NCBI GenBank assembly: GCA_013265495.1
Contig: MU058781.1
Span: forward strand, 1,592,963-1,656,962
DNA: 64,000 bases
Source of the DNA: Vicugna vicugna
Taxonomy: Eukaryota
Reading direction: 5' to 3'
The notes under the pieces are model-generated. The model ran no database searches. It was not told the origin of the DNA and saw only the letters and a program-made list of their open reading frames with translations. This document shows positions 26,150 through 40,352 of this stretch, piece after piece. How positions within the stretch are numbered: position 1 is the first letter of the stretch; the number at the start of each line of letters is the position of its first letter. Position numbers and translations under genes: made by a program.

Positions 26150-27630
26150 TTTGCAGTCAGATCAGCACTCCCTCATGGTTTCGGCACCAAAAACTTACAA
26201 ATCTACTTGTATCTCTCCTCTCCTTCCTGATCAGTTCCTGCCTCTGTCTGCCATCATTCCCACTCAGGACCTGAACACCTGCCCTGGAGGCTGCACTGCT
26301 GAAGCCCCCACCCCAGAACACCACTGCAGTACGGCCCCATTTCTCAGCTCCTTTTCCCTGCAAACCGCCTCCAGAGACTTGTCGCATTTTCAGTCGCTGC
26401 TTTCTCACCTCTCATCACTTTCCAAGCCACTCCAAGCTGCGTCTCCCTCACCCTTCCAGACTGGAACACTCACCCAGCCATCAGAGATGTCTCCACTGTC
26501 AGGTTTCATCAGACATTTCTATCCCTTCTTACCCAACTGCTCAGCAGCGAACAGCTTTTTTGGGTAAGACTCTCCCTTCTCGGCCTCTGGAAACTACCCC
26601 TCCTGGTTCCCCCGGGTCCTCAGCCTGTCGAGCTGCTTCCTTTCCCCTCCTGGCCCCTCCTCTCCTGCTGCCACCGAGGGGAGTCGCACTGTTCTCGCCC
26701 ACAATCTCTCCAAAGGTGATCCTATTCAGTCCATGAATTTCAACACAGTGGGGCACTGGGGCCTCCCAGATCTGTTTCCTTGGGCCCAGGTCCATCCTCA
26801 GCATTCCTGGCTCTTCCCTTCAGTGGCCTGCTAGGCCTTTCCACACTGGGATGGAAATGGACCAGCCACCAAACAGGAATGACTGCATCTTCCCAACCCA
26901 GCCCAGTTCTTCCTGAGTCTCCCCGCCTCCTGACACAGTGCTGCAAGCCCCAGACTCACCCGTTCCTTCTTTTCCACCAGCAATCCATCAGCAGGTCCAT
27001 TTCCAAAATGATACTAATCAAGGGCCCATCTCCCTCTAAATCAGTATCTTTTCTCCTATCAGCTTCCTTTGTCCTAGTCTTGCCTTCATGGAATCCATTC
27101 TTTATTTACACAAAGAGATTTTTTTTAACACATAAGTCTTGTGTCACCTCAAGTTCTCCCCAAGGCCTCCACTGGACCCAGAATAAACCCAAGTTCCTTC
27201 CCCTGTCCCCAAAGTGCTGTATCATCTGAGCCCTGCCAGCTTTTCCCCACCTCACCTCACCCCGCTCTCCCCCAAACCCATTCAACTCCGAATGGGCAGC
27301 CTTCCGTTCTGTTTCTCAGTGAGCCAGCGTCTTTCCCCAGCTCTTCACAGAACCGTCTCCTTCTCATCTTTCCCATGTTAGCTCCAATGTCAGGTAATCA
27401 GGGCTTCCCGCCCCACCTCTACCCCCAACAGTCATACTCCAGTTCATGTCCCTGTTTTCACAGTAGCATCTTCTTCTCTCTCCACTGGAACATGAGCTCC
27501 TGGAGGGCAGGGGCCTTGTCTGTCTTGTTCAATGCTGTACCTCCAATGCCTGGGACAGTAAGTACCTGGCACATACTAGGTACTTAATATATATTACTGA
27601 GTGGGTAGATGAAACGAATGAATGAATCAA
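26150..27630 (+). mobile_element. L2 LINE relic ending in the L2 3' terminus
   Basis: gagctcctggagggcagggg...cctggcacata...gaatgaatgaat tail; boundaries approximate. Confidence 0.65.
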
Positions 27631-29226
27631 CAGAAGCAACAAATGAATGCTCATGCTACCCATGGGTCCTAGAATGTTTCCTTTCTGCAGGGAGACCTGC
27701 TGCTCATTCCTTAAGGACCAGCTGACTCGCCGCCTCTATAAAGGGTTAAAACAAAACATTTAATCCACTTAGATCTCCAAATCCTCTGGGTTACTGTTCT
27801 AGCACTGCCAATCTCCTCGGCTTCTCTTCGACACATCAGTATCTTCCTCCTCAAAATCAGCAGAGACGTGCAGTCCGAGAGCCTTGATTTCCCCATAAGT
27901 TTATTTCAACTTACTGAACACTTGTGGCTAAACCTCTCCATCCGCTTGGCCTTCTGTTTTCTATCCTGTCCATTTCTAAACCCTTTCCTCAATTTCCTTT
28001 TTTCCTCTCCTCAGTTACTGACAACAGGAGTGGATCACTGTTGGCCCCCTGGAGCTGAAATCTGCATGGATGTCTAAAAGGTGTATAGAAAAGTACATTA
28101 TGCATCAGTCTCTTTGCTGACAATCCAGTCCCAACCTTTTCTCTCTTCTTGCCCACGCCTCCTTCCCAAACAAGCTTCTGGGAAATGAAGACTACGCTTC
28201 CTTCAGGAGACTTCCTCATCTTCCTCAGACAAGCCAAGTGGCCCGCTTACTCCATTCAGGGAGCTGTAGATGACCACCCCCATGGACAGGAGAAGGTCAC
28301 CGCTTCCTCTTGTTGGACTAACGCTGCATCTGGTTAGATACATGGTGGCTTAAAAATTGATCCCCCTTTAGATTAATTTGAACTAAAAAGTTTTCTTTTT
28401 AAAGTGGGTTTTGAGGAGAAAGGGCTGCTTGCAGGCACATCATACACCACCCCCCCATCTGTCTAGATCTTTCTCCTAAGCTCCAGAGTCAAATATCCAG
28501 TTGCCTACTAGATAAATCAGCTCAGATGTTCACCAGGCATCCCACCCTCAGCTCGTGATTCTCTGCTTCCATGTCCTTGTCTTTTCCTAATCTCCTTCTC
28601 AATTTAAGTCACCACCACCCACCCAGCTGTCAAGGCAAAAGGCCAGAAGCTGACACTAATTCCTTCTGTTTTTTATTGTCTCCCATGCTGATCTATTAGC
28701 GAGTCCTATCGGTTCCACCACCAACATACATCTAGATTTTGCCCACTTCTTTCTGCTTCTACCCCTCGGGAACAAGTCGTCACCCTCTCTATCCAGACAT
28801 GGGCAGTGGCCTCTTGACCAGTCTCCTTGCCCCTTTTGAGCTCCTAGCCTGCTCTACCAGCAGCCAGAATGATCTTTTCAAAACACAAATCAGATCATTT
28901 AGGAAACTATAAAATTCTACATCTTATAAAAACTTGTAAAATGGGGGTGCAGAATTGTTTTAATAAAATTTAGCATTTACTGAGGGTATAGCTTTGGTGG
29001 GGGAGGGTGGTATTTTTGGAATCACACTCATCATCTTGATATGTGGCTGCCAGGCATTTATTGAGCAGACATGACAGAGGAGAGGGTCTAGAAAAGTCCC
29101 TGGTGACAGGCTAAGCCAGCAAAGAGCACTGTGATCATATTTCACTGATGCCCTTTCTTCAGAGATTCAGACACTGAGCATGACCTGTTTATAGCCTAGT
29201 TCCCAGTAAACATTTCATTTTCTCTA

Positions 29227-29388
<162 letters not shown>

Positions 29389-31400
29389 TCAACAGAAAGT
29401 AGCATCACTGCGTGAAGAACAAGAAGATGACGGCGACTCTGCGCCCAGCCACCTACCCCCTGCACAGCTTTCCAAACCAGCCAGTCGTCTTCATCAGAGT
29501 CCTTTTGATAACTTCTGCTCGAGTAGACACTGGGCAGGGTGCAGAATCATTCCTAATCCTGGACGGTACGTGGCAGGAAGCTGTACACCTAAGCGGCAGA
29601 TTGCCTGTGCATAGTATGTTTCCATCTTCCCTGCAACTGCTACCACTGTGGATTTACGGCGTGGGAAGATGGCCAGTTAAAAGGGGAGGGAATCACAGCC
29701 ACCTCTACATGTCTGCCACAGCAGCGTGTCACCAGGAAGGTTGCTGGGGACACAGTTTGGGCTGGGCTGAGAAAGGAAGTGGGGAAAGACATGCTAGGTA
29801 AGTTTCCAGACGAAATTTCCAATTCGCCTAATGTGACATACAAAGAAAAGACACATGTGTTGCGATGTGCCTGTTCGCAGTAGGCAGGGCTGACCCGGGC
29901 CTGGCTGGGCGCCTGGCTGGGCGCCTGGCTGGCTCTTCCGTGGGGCGGACTCTGCCCCTCAGTGCCTGCCTCCCGCAGCCCTGTGTCTGGGCGGAAAAGA
30001 GGACTTCCAGCGTCTGGTTTGCTTTGTCTGCTTCATGAGGCCATCTGACCGGGCAGCAGCCCTCGCTGCCTGGAGGACGGGGCTGTGATGGTTTTGCTGC
30101 CTGTGCTGTGCGCTGCCCTTCACTGCGACCTTTCCCTCCCTGTCCAACTGGGTCTCTTCCTGGGCGGAAGCATGGTGACACTGCTGGTCTTGCCACCTGT
30201 CTGACTCCATGCCTCCATGGTTACCACCGGGAAATCCTTACTGAGCCAGCCTAGCCCCTGGGAGACGGACAGTGATGTGGCTGGCCCTTTGAACCACTGA
30301 CCACCGCTTTCGGGTGGCTCTTGACACAGGAAGACCCACTCATTAGAAACAGCCCCCCTACTTCTGGCTTGTTTCCCTTTCCCTCGGGCTGTAGTTACAC
30401 CTGCTTCCCAACACAGGCTAAAACACCTATTTCTAAATGTGAGGTTTTCCCCTGAAGAGAAATACATTTAGGACATGGAACCCCAGAAGGCCAGTGGAGT
30501 TGAGGTCCAGTCTTCTGATTGCTTGCTGGGTTAGCACCTCAACAGCTGTTACATCCTCAGGCCGTGTAAAACCTGAAGTGGCTGAGAGGTGAGACTTCCC
30601 GGCATAAAGTGTGAGGTGGGTTAAGCATGTTTATTCTGTGTGTTCTCGGGCTTGTGTATTTTAGGGAAGAGTACCTGTGGAGCTTGAGGACCTGGAAACT
30701 GACTAAGCACGAAGTACCCCTTAGAGTCTTCATGTTCCTTCAGAGGGATGCGTACTGAGAAGTGAGGACTTCCCACTGTGCAGTGCCAAGCAGCTATGAG
30801 ATACCCTCCCCTGACTCCTGCCACATCTTTTCTCCCTATTCCTCTTTTGTTCCAAAGAGGCAGGGTGGGGAGGAAGATATTTTTCCAAAATAGTCACCAG
30901 AATTGAACCCATCTTCACCTCAAAGTTGAATAACTCACTCATGATGATTCAACTTAAAAAGGACTGCTAGAGAGACTAAGCTTCCAGGAAAAGTTCAGAA
31001 AATGGGCAAAAAAGTTGCGAACAGTAAGCAAATAAATAATGAAATCTGAACACCACCCCCAGAGGAAACCATTACCTTGGTAAACTGTGCTTCGCTTTTT
31101 GCAGAAAGGCATGTGGATTTCGAGTGGTTATAATGGTGATCATAATTCAACAGGACACACTGAAAATTTAACTAGGACCCCTCCCTCCACACACACTCAG
31201 CCACGGATACTGAGAATCATTACTCTGAGAAGTCAAGAGTCTTTTTCAGAAGTAAGCACAGAGATTTGGGTTTTGTGGGAGAAAACAATATTAAAGCTAC
31301 TTATTATCTTCTAAATTCTACATTCATTTATACTTAATGAGTAACATAAAGTTGATGCATGATAAAAATATGTATTTTCCCGAGAAACATGAAATCTTAC

Positions 31401-31570
31401 CGAAATGGAGAACTTTTCCTCTTTTCTTTGACAATACCCATGCTTGGCTTCTTGGAATGGGAGGCTCCGAAATCACAGTCCTCAAACTCTTCCCAGCTGT
31501 CTCCGGACTTGAAAACAGTCTGACCCCAGCGCCGCCTAGCACTTTTATGGGCCAGGCTGCCATTTGGCTT
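31401..31570 (-). CDS. MAK: MAK coding exon 9: [56 protein letters not shown](R)
   Basis: ccacag| acceptor, CG|gtaaga donor, 170 nt; RRRWG motif. Confidence 0.96.
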
Positions 31571-32003
31571 CTGTGGTGGGAAACCAGTCATCATCTTCAA
31601 TCAGGTGCTGAATGCCTTTTGTGTGCAAGCTATTTATTATATTTGATACTAAGAGTCCCCATTCTCAAGGAGCTTTCTATAGAATCAAGACAATGACATA
31701 CATACTTATTTAAAAGTATGAACAAAGATAGGTAGCACATGCTAAAAATATGATAGGAATTGAGAGAGGAGAGAACTCGTGAACTTGGGGTGGGGAGACT
31801 TGAATACTTAGGCTCAGAATTGACTCTTCACTGATGTGTAATTTGGAAAACTGCCATGTGTGCTGTGTGTGTCTCTTTGGGCAAATGACTTGACTTTTCA
31901 AAGCCTTAGTTTCCTTCTCCTTAAATGGGGATGTATAGTATTTATCTTAGGTTTTTTTTCTTTGGATTTGATAGTAAAATACATCAAAAGTTTTTAGGAT
32001 AGG

Positions 32004-32241
32004 TATAGCACAGGGGACTATATTCAGTTTCTTGCAATTGCATATAACGGAAAAGAATCTGAAAAGAAAATCTGTATCTGTATAAAATATGTATCTGAAT
32101 CACCTTGCTACACACCTGAAACTAACACTGTCCTTCAACTATACTTTAGTAAAAAAATTAAAAAGTACTCCTGAGCCATGCTCTAAGACAGTGGTCAGAA
32201 AAATTAAATAAGCTCTTTTTTAAACTGGAAAAAAAAACTTC
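32004..32241 (+). mobile_element. Young L1 3' end plus extra 3' segment, inserted into a MIR
   Basis: tatagcacaggggactatattcag...ctacacacctgaaactaacac...aactatactt + A-tail; TSD core taggatagg at 31995-32003 and 32242-32250. Confidence 0.75.
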
Positions 32242-32955
32242 TAGGATAGGGCCCAGCACACAAGCGTTACTAAAGGTTAGGCATTATTATTATTGCTGTT
32301 GTTGTTGTTATCACTGTCACTCTAGAGTTTGGAAGAGGAAATGAAGTATGACTTTTTAATAGGAAGGTGCCGGAGCATGCTCCAGGAAGAAGGGGGAGAC
32401 TAGGTTTACTGAAGCAGATGCTGTGTGCTGGGTGGAGGACAGGCTGTAAAGATGGTACGTGATGAAGGGCCTTCAGTGTCTGCCTAAGAAACTAGAGCCA
32501 TCCTGGGGCAGAAGCACACTGGGTGTTTTCGAGCTTAAGAAGTGATGTGATTAAGGTTGTATTCAAGGAAGGTCGGGCTCTTCAGATAGGAGGCCTTTGC
32601 AGTTACGGTGGCGTGGAGTGAGAAGGGCGGCAGGTTCACAGTGGTTGGAATGCTCAGGAAAGAAGACATCTGCTGTTATCAAGGAATAAAAGGTCTGGAC
32701 TCTGTGTATGTCTGAGCAGAGGTCAAAGGAGAGTGTGGCCAGCGCTGCTGGTTGCCCGTCAATAGCCCCACTCCCCTCCTCCTTGCTAAGATTCTGTTCA
32801 GCCGTGTGCCCAGCTTAAACACCTCAAACGCCAGCCTCCCCTGCAGCTCTGTGGAGCCACGGGACACGATCTAGCCAAGATTCTCAGGGATGCCTAGAAA
32901 CGAAATCCTAGCTGAGCCAACCATCACATTGAAATTGTCATGATGGGCTACTTAC

Positions 32956-33267
32956 GGTTGGCATGTTCTTGACGATACTTGGAAATAGTGTTTGTGGCTG
33001 TTTCTGTTGACTCTGCTGCTTCGGTGCTTGCTGGACACTCGTGTTCTGTGGTGGCTGGATGGCCTGCAGTGGCTGGTGGCTGTTTTTCGGTTGGGGCTGC
33101 CCGACAGTCTGATCATTTATGTCTGGCAGAGGCTTGGCTTCTAGGTCAGCTACAGATGGTTTTGATTCTAGTGGTTGCACATGCTTACTTAAAGCCTGTT
33201 TCGATTCCAGATGATGGGAGGAAGGGCCTAATACTTGACCAACTTGAAAATATGGGTGTTTCAGTGC
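32956..33267 (-). CDS. MAK: MAK coding exon 8: end of the kinase domain (ALKHPYFQ) and Pro/Gln-rich region
   Basis: tttttgtag| acceptor, ACC|gtaagt donor, 312 nt; track ORF 32938..33180. Confidence 0.96.
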
Positions 33268-33974
33268 CTACAAAAAATGGAAATAACCAGTGGAAAACGG
33301 TTTCACCTAACTTTAATGCACCTAAACTACTGTCTGGCATTGGGCTAGACACATATTACTAAGTCAAGATAAGCTTCAAAGATTTAGAAAGCACCCAGTT
33401 TTCCCCTTATGTGACGACTTAAAAAAGATAACCAGGAAAAAATGATTTGAGAAATAAATTTCATTTAAGAAATTAAAAAGTACATTAGTAGAAAGAATGT
33501 AAAACTCACTTGTAATTTTAACATCCAGTCAAAGCAACTGTTAACTTTGTATGAAAAAAAAATGTAGCGTCTAAGCATTGACTGAATTTGATGTGATTAA
33601 TTCAAACTAATATGCTTGATACTGATAATGTTTAAGAGTCCATAAGAGCATTAAGAAATGAGTTAAGCAAGCCTTCCACAGAGTTTATTTTAAATGATTA
33701 ACTATAACATCATAAAATTCAGGGTTACTCTTAGCCTAACTGTAACTACATACCTACTAGCAATACAAAAATTCTAAGAAAAGAGATTACAAACACATAC
33801 GTGTTAAAGCTTATTTTAACATATACCAGCAAAGAGAAGATACTTATGGGAAGAAAATGTAAAAATACTAGTAAAAATGATCAGTGAGCATTGTGTATTA
33901 ACTAGATCAGTCATCCAGTCGCTCCTATTGCAGGAGGAGAGGGATGGTGACCATCTGAGTGACACAGACTAGAG

Positions 33975-34172
33975 CAGTGGTTCTCAGCTGGGGGAGATTT
34001 TGCCCCTTAGGAGACATTTTTTACTGTCACAACTAGGGGGAGTGGGAGGTGCTCCTGGCATCGCGGCATGCTGCCAGGAGTGCTGCAGAATATCCCGGAG
34101 GGAACAGGACAGCTCCCACAGCAAAGAATTATCTGGTCAGAAATGTCAGTAGTCCCGGGTGGATGAAAAGTG
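33975..34172 (+). mobile_element. MER20-like hAT DNA transposon fossil
   Basis: cagtggttctcagctggggg.gattttgcccc...caaagaattatctgg.cagaaatgtcagtagt; tagag repeated at both flanks. Confidence 0.75.
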
Positions 34173-35856
34173 GCGTAGAGAATGTCTGAAGCTTCCTGTG
34201 CAGCTCCGCTCCAGATACAGATCCTCTTTGTATCACATGCTTGGGCTAACAAAGTTCCAGTTCTGCTGTTCTGTGTGTGAATCGGGGAGCTGCTCCTTAG
34301 GATAACCAAGTCCAGTTCCCCTGCACCCCCTGCCCTAAGCCAGTCCCCAACTATGTGGGAGCACAGCCCTGACCCACAGTTAGCTTCTCAGGTGTGTAAG
34401 GGCAGCTTCTAAAGGAACCAGAGGCGGCTCTGTACATGGTCTTAACCTCTCCCTGACTGTCTCCCTGCCTTCACTAAAAAGCAGGGCAAATAGTGGGAAC
34501 AGGAAAAAGGTTAAGGGCAGGGAGGTATATTTTGGCAGAGGTAGAAAAAGAAGTTTTTATTCTGAGTTTCCCCTTAGACACTTGGTTGTGTCTCCTACCA
34601 GAACTGATGTATGTGTTAATTATACGGACGTTGCTTAGTAGAAATCAACAAATGTAGACGATTTAAATACATCAGTATCTGATGCACAGAAGGCACTCAA
34701 ATTCTGAATTAGGCCACATTAATTAGCATGTCAATATTCCTAAATAATGTACATTTTAATGGGCATTTACATTTAATGTACATTTTAGTTAATGATGTTC
34801 ATTTCATAGACCCTTTGTGAATGTGTTTTATAATTTCATGGCTTCATCTGTAACTTTTCCCCTTTAAGATACCAGCTACAATCCTTCAAGGAGGAGAGAA
34901 TCTTTAAAAACTAGTAATTTATGTTTTCCTGTTTATTAAGGGAATATTGATTTCATAGAATAGGGAATGTGTAGAAAGTTCTCAAGAAATTAAAATCATC
35001 TCTAAAAGACAACACCAGGAGAAAACTATTGCTCACATTTTGATGTATTTTTCTTTTTCGTATGTCTTTCTAGTCTTATATATACATTGTCTTTCATATA
35101 CATGTGTATATATTTTTAATAAAATCATACTATATGTTTATTTAATATTTAATATTTTAGCCTACTTTTCAACTTAGCATTTGAGCCTGAGAATTCTCTG
35201 AAATGGTTACTTTATTTGAAAATTTTCATTTTTAATGGCAAAACAGTCCATAGTAAAGATATGTGTACTTTAAATGATCATATAAATATTTAGGTTTATA
35301 CTTCCCATGGGCAGTTTTTAATTAGCTTTGAACATTTTTGGGCATAAATCTTTATCCAAGTTTCTGACTGTTTTTAAGTTTCTTTATATACATTGTAAAA
35401 TTGCTTTCCATTACTTAAATAGACTTTATAAACTATTTTTTATTTTTTGCTAATTTGATGGATTAAAAATAATATTTCACTTTTATTTGCATTTATGATT
35501 ATGAACAAGGATTCAGCATTTCAAAATATTTTTGGTAATTTTAATTTCTTTTTCTGTGATATTTTTCATGTCTCATGTCTTCTTTTTTAGATTGGGATTT
35601 AAAGACTTCTATTATATTTTTACTACAAAAATAAGTGTATAGAAATATTAGGAAATACGCTGGCACATGTGTTGAAACATAGAAAATCATTGGAGTGGCT
35701 ATTTTTGCAATTCACCCAAGAATCTTACCTGACTAGAAGTTAATTCACTACATACACTGGATGCCGTAAGCTTTAGAGCTCAAATCTCTTGATAAACCTC
35801 TGGTTAAGAATAGACTTATCTTTAAAGGGAAATATCTCTGATACTGTAAAATGTCA

Positions 35857-36243
<387 letters not shown>

Positions 36244-36669
36244 TCAGTGCTGCAAGCAGCGTAGAAAGAACAGTGAGCTAAGAATTAGAGGAAAAAACGG
36301 AGAAAACACTTTTACAAATTGCAGAATATTAAACTCTTTTCTGTTTTTTGGATCTTGATGATTATCATGCTACCCAGGTGACTCTGAACAAATAAGGACA
36401 AACGATTTACAAAGAGACTGATTATTACCGCGAGCCTCATTGTATGTTATACATTGCGTCTCATGTTAAAAACTGCACGTAGCTGGGAAATGACAGTCAT
36501 GTTACAAGTTTTAATAGGTGTGTTTACTTGTCTAATGTTATCTACAAGGCACATACTAGTTTAATTAAGGTGTAATTATATATGCTTAAACTTATTAAAT
36601 AAGTCCATCTCAGAAAGTGAAGTCTAGCTGAGTGCAATAGTTAATTGAAAAGTACTCAGTTCAAGAAAT

Positions 36670-36890
36670 CAGAGTTTGTGATATGCAGATACTAACTACT
36701 ATATATAAAATAGATGAACAAGTTTATACTGTATAGCACATGGAACTGCTTTCAATATCTTATAGTAATCTATAATGAAAAAGAATATGAAAAGGAATGT
36801 ATGTATGTATACGTATGACTGAAACATTATGCTGTGCACCAGAAATTGACACAACATTGTAAACTGACTATACTTCAATTTAAAAAAAAG
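36670..36890 (+). mobile_element. Young L1 3' end
   Basis: gtatagcaca.ggaact...gactgaaacattatgctgtgcaccagaaattgacacaacattgtaaactgactatacttcaatt + A-tail. Confidence 0.8.
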
Positions 36891-37303
36891 AAAAATACAT
36901 ATATTGAAAAAATTAAATATCTACAGCAGAGGTATATCTAAAAGGAAACAAGAAATGGTTAAGAGAAAATAAAGTCCAGGACACCTGGCATTAATGAGCT
37001 GATCCCAGGTGATATTCACAGAGCGAGTAGGAAAGAGTCTGAGCGAGGATGTCTCTGTAGTCATCAGCCCAAAGTTAAATATACAGAATTCTAAATATAG
37101 GGAATTTTCACTTCAGTTCCTAAAGAAGGGCAAGCACCTTTTTTCCTACAATCTGGTGGAATTCTAGCTTCTTGCAGTCCTATCCCACCTCAGGTAAAAA
37201 AAAATACAGGCTATAAGAAAATTAACTATTAATGCATAAGCCTTTTTGAAAATAAAAATACCAGCCAGCTGGCTGGCCAAAAGTTATAAATAATCAAAAG
37301 TTA

Positions 37304-37549
<246 letters not shown>

Positions 37550-38124
37550 TCAGAGATGGAGTGGCAGTGGGATCTTACTCTGTTTGATCATGCATTTCAG
37601 TCAAGGACCAGGTACGAAGTGCCTTCTGTGTATCAGGCTTCTGCACAATGTGTTGGGTTGATGTTGGATACAGCACATTTTTTCTAATCACAGTTAGCAG
37701 AGCTCGAGACAAATAAAAATAAAATGTCCAAGTGGCCTCAGACAGGAACTCAAATATAACGCTCTATAACATATTAAGAAAAAGGGAGCAAGCAAGCTCT
37801 GAATGGAAGCAGGTATATTCCGAATGGGAATAGCTGTGTAATTTTACAGAGCATTACATCCTGATATATTCATGTGAAGGACAGAACACAAAAGATTAAC
37901 AAAGATGACTCCTGAGTACTGGGCTTTTTTCCTGATTTTTGCTTATCAGTTTGAAAGTGCTGATTCCTCAGCTGACTCAGTTCCCTTAATTGACAATATT
38001 TTTAATTGAGAAAAATACTCTGTAAGGCAAAGGTAGCTGGTGGAGGATGTTCTCAGTTACTCTTTTTCATGTTGAAATCTGAAATGTTTTTAGTATTGTC
38101 CTCTGGCTTCCGTTCAGAGTGTCT

Positions 38125-38770
38125 TTTTTTTTGACAGCTTAGAGATAGGGTTCACATGATATGCATCACATCCATTTAAGAGCACAAATTAAGTGGTGTT
38201 AAGTGTATTCACAGAGATGTGCACCCATCATCACAGTCAACTTTACAATGTTTTCATTACCCCTCAAAGAAACCCCACACCTCTCTGCTCTCCCTGTGCC
38301 TCCAGCACGTCTAATCTACTCTGTACATTTGCCTGTTCTGTCACTTCATATCGTTGGAACCATATGCTGTCTGGTCCTTTGCGACAAGCTTCTTTCACAT
38401 AGCATGTTTTCAAGGTTCATCCATATTGTAGCAGGTATCAGTACTTCATTCTTTTTATTACCATTGCATGGCTATACCACATTTTGCTTATCCATTCCTC
38501 AGCTGCTGGACATTTGGGTTGTTTCCACTTTTCGGGTATTGTAGATAAGGTTGTTATGAATGTTCACGTACAAGTTTCTGTGCAGACGTATGTTTTCATT
38601 TCTCTTGGGTATATACCTCGGTGTGCAGTTTGCTGGATCACACGGTAACTATATGTTTAACCACTGAGGAACTGCCAGTCAGTCTGTTTTGTGCCGTTTC
38701 ACACTGCCACCAGCAGTGTGTGAGGGCTCCCATTCCTCTACGTCCTGGCCAACACTTGTTACTATGTTTT
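38125..38770 (-). mobile_element. L1M-type 3'UTR, antisense
   Basis: T-run then ...catttgggttgtttccactt...ttttcatttctcttgggtatatacct...; explains track ORFs 38193-38821. Confidence 0.75.
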
Positions 38771-40352
38771 GACAAATATTTTTATGAGACAAAACTGTTT
38801 TTACTGTTTTGCCAAATTTAGATGCTGAAGGCAAGTGTTCTCAATTTCATGCCACTGCAGCATAGACTTAAACTTCCCCAGTTGAAAATAGAAGCTCCTT
38901 CAAAAGATTCTTCCCTGCAAGAGATTTTCCAATTCTAATTATACATTTAAAAAAAATTGTAGTACACTTTGAGTTTTTATCATTTAATGTGTTCACTTAC
39001 TCCTTTGCTTTTGCAGGCATAAATATCATTATCTTCCTATTTGCAGACTTCCTGCAGTTTGCTATAGACTTCAAAAGCTTGGGGGTTTTGGTGCGCTATT
39101 TATCAGAAATTCTGATTGAAGATTTCCAAGTGATTTGAAACAAAATGCAACCAAAATATTAAGGGATTGTTTACAAAAAGAGCAAGATACCACTGTAAAT
39201 CATTTAAGTCAGTTTACAAGTAATTTTTCAAAGGCTCAAGCAATTCTAAACTTCAAAGGACAGCACAGAGAGAAAGCACATACAGCCACGCTGAAGTGTT
39301 TTTTGTAGTCAGCATCAATGTCATCATAAAAACTTTGCAGTTCAGTTACCCGCTGTGTGTGTGTACGTGTAATCTGTAAATTCTGACAACTACAACTTGT
39401 TATTTTGATTGGTAGAATACAAATTCAGCTGCATATTTGGATGCAGTTACAAAACAGATACACATCTTAACCAATCCAAATACCTTTCTGCTTTCTAGCT
39501 TTCTTAATTTAGTTAGAATACTGTTTTTATGATGCCAGGCTTCACTAAAATTGGTATTTGTATTACCACTGCAAAAAGAATTTATTTTCAATGCTGAAAT
39601 TTTTACCTGAAATTAACTAGCATTCACAGTACTGTCAGACTTTCACTTTTCAAAGAGCTAACTCCTGAAAGCTTCACTTTGATTCTATTAAGCGTGATGC
39701 AAAAAACCAAACTATTATTTGAAATAAGGTAATTGATTTTTTCTCTTTGAAGCCAACTTAAAGACACTTATTTAAAACTGTCATTGTTAAATTGTGAATT
39801 CTTCCTCCACGGAAGAAGCCTGTACAATACCTGAAACTAGCATAATATTAAACTAATGTCAGTTGTATCTCAACTAAAAAAAGGAAGCCTATCCATATAC
39901 CTTTACAGGCAGTCACTTTACTTTTCATATCTGCATAAGAGAATTTGGTATAAAAAAAGTGAAACAGAATGAATTAGAATATTCATTTCATCTAAGTGAC
40001 CAGTGATAATGAATACCTCATAGAGTAATGTGAAAACTCATCTCTGTCGCTGCCTTTCCTCGTGGCCGTCTCTGGCACAGTCTTCTTGGAATAGCTGCTG
40101 ACTTTTGAAATGGATGCTGGTGCTGCTTCAGCAGTTTTGTGTGTTCTGGTTTTCACCATGTCAGTGACTGCCAGCCCCAGGGGCGATGGCAAATGCCAGT
40201 GAACATTTTATGTTAGCTCTTCAGCACCTTCTCTTGAGAAATAGATACTTAATTTTCCATTAAGTATGCTCTTCTGTTTTTTGGAGGTCATTGTTGATTA
40301 AAAAAAAAAGAGTTCATTGCAAGCCCCCCCCTTTTTTTTAATGCATTATCAA

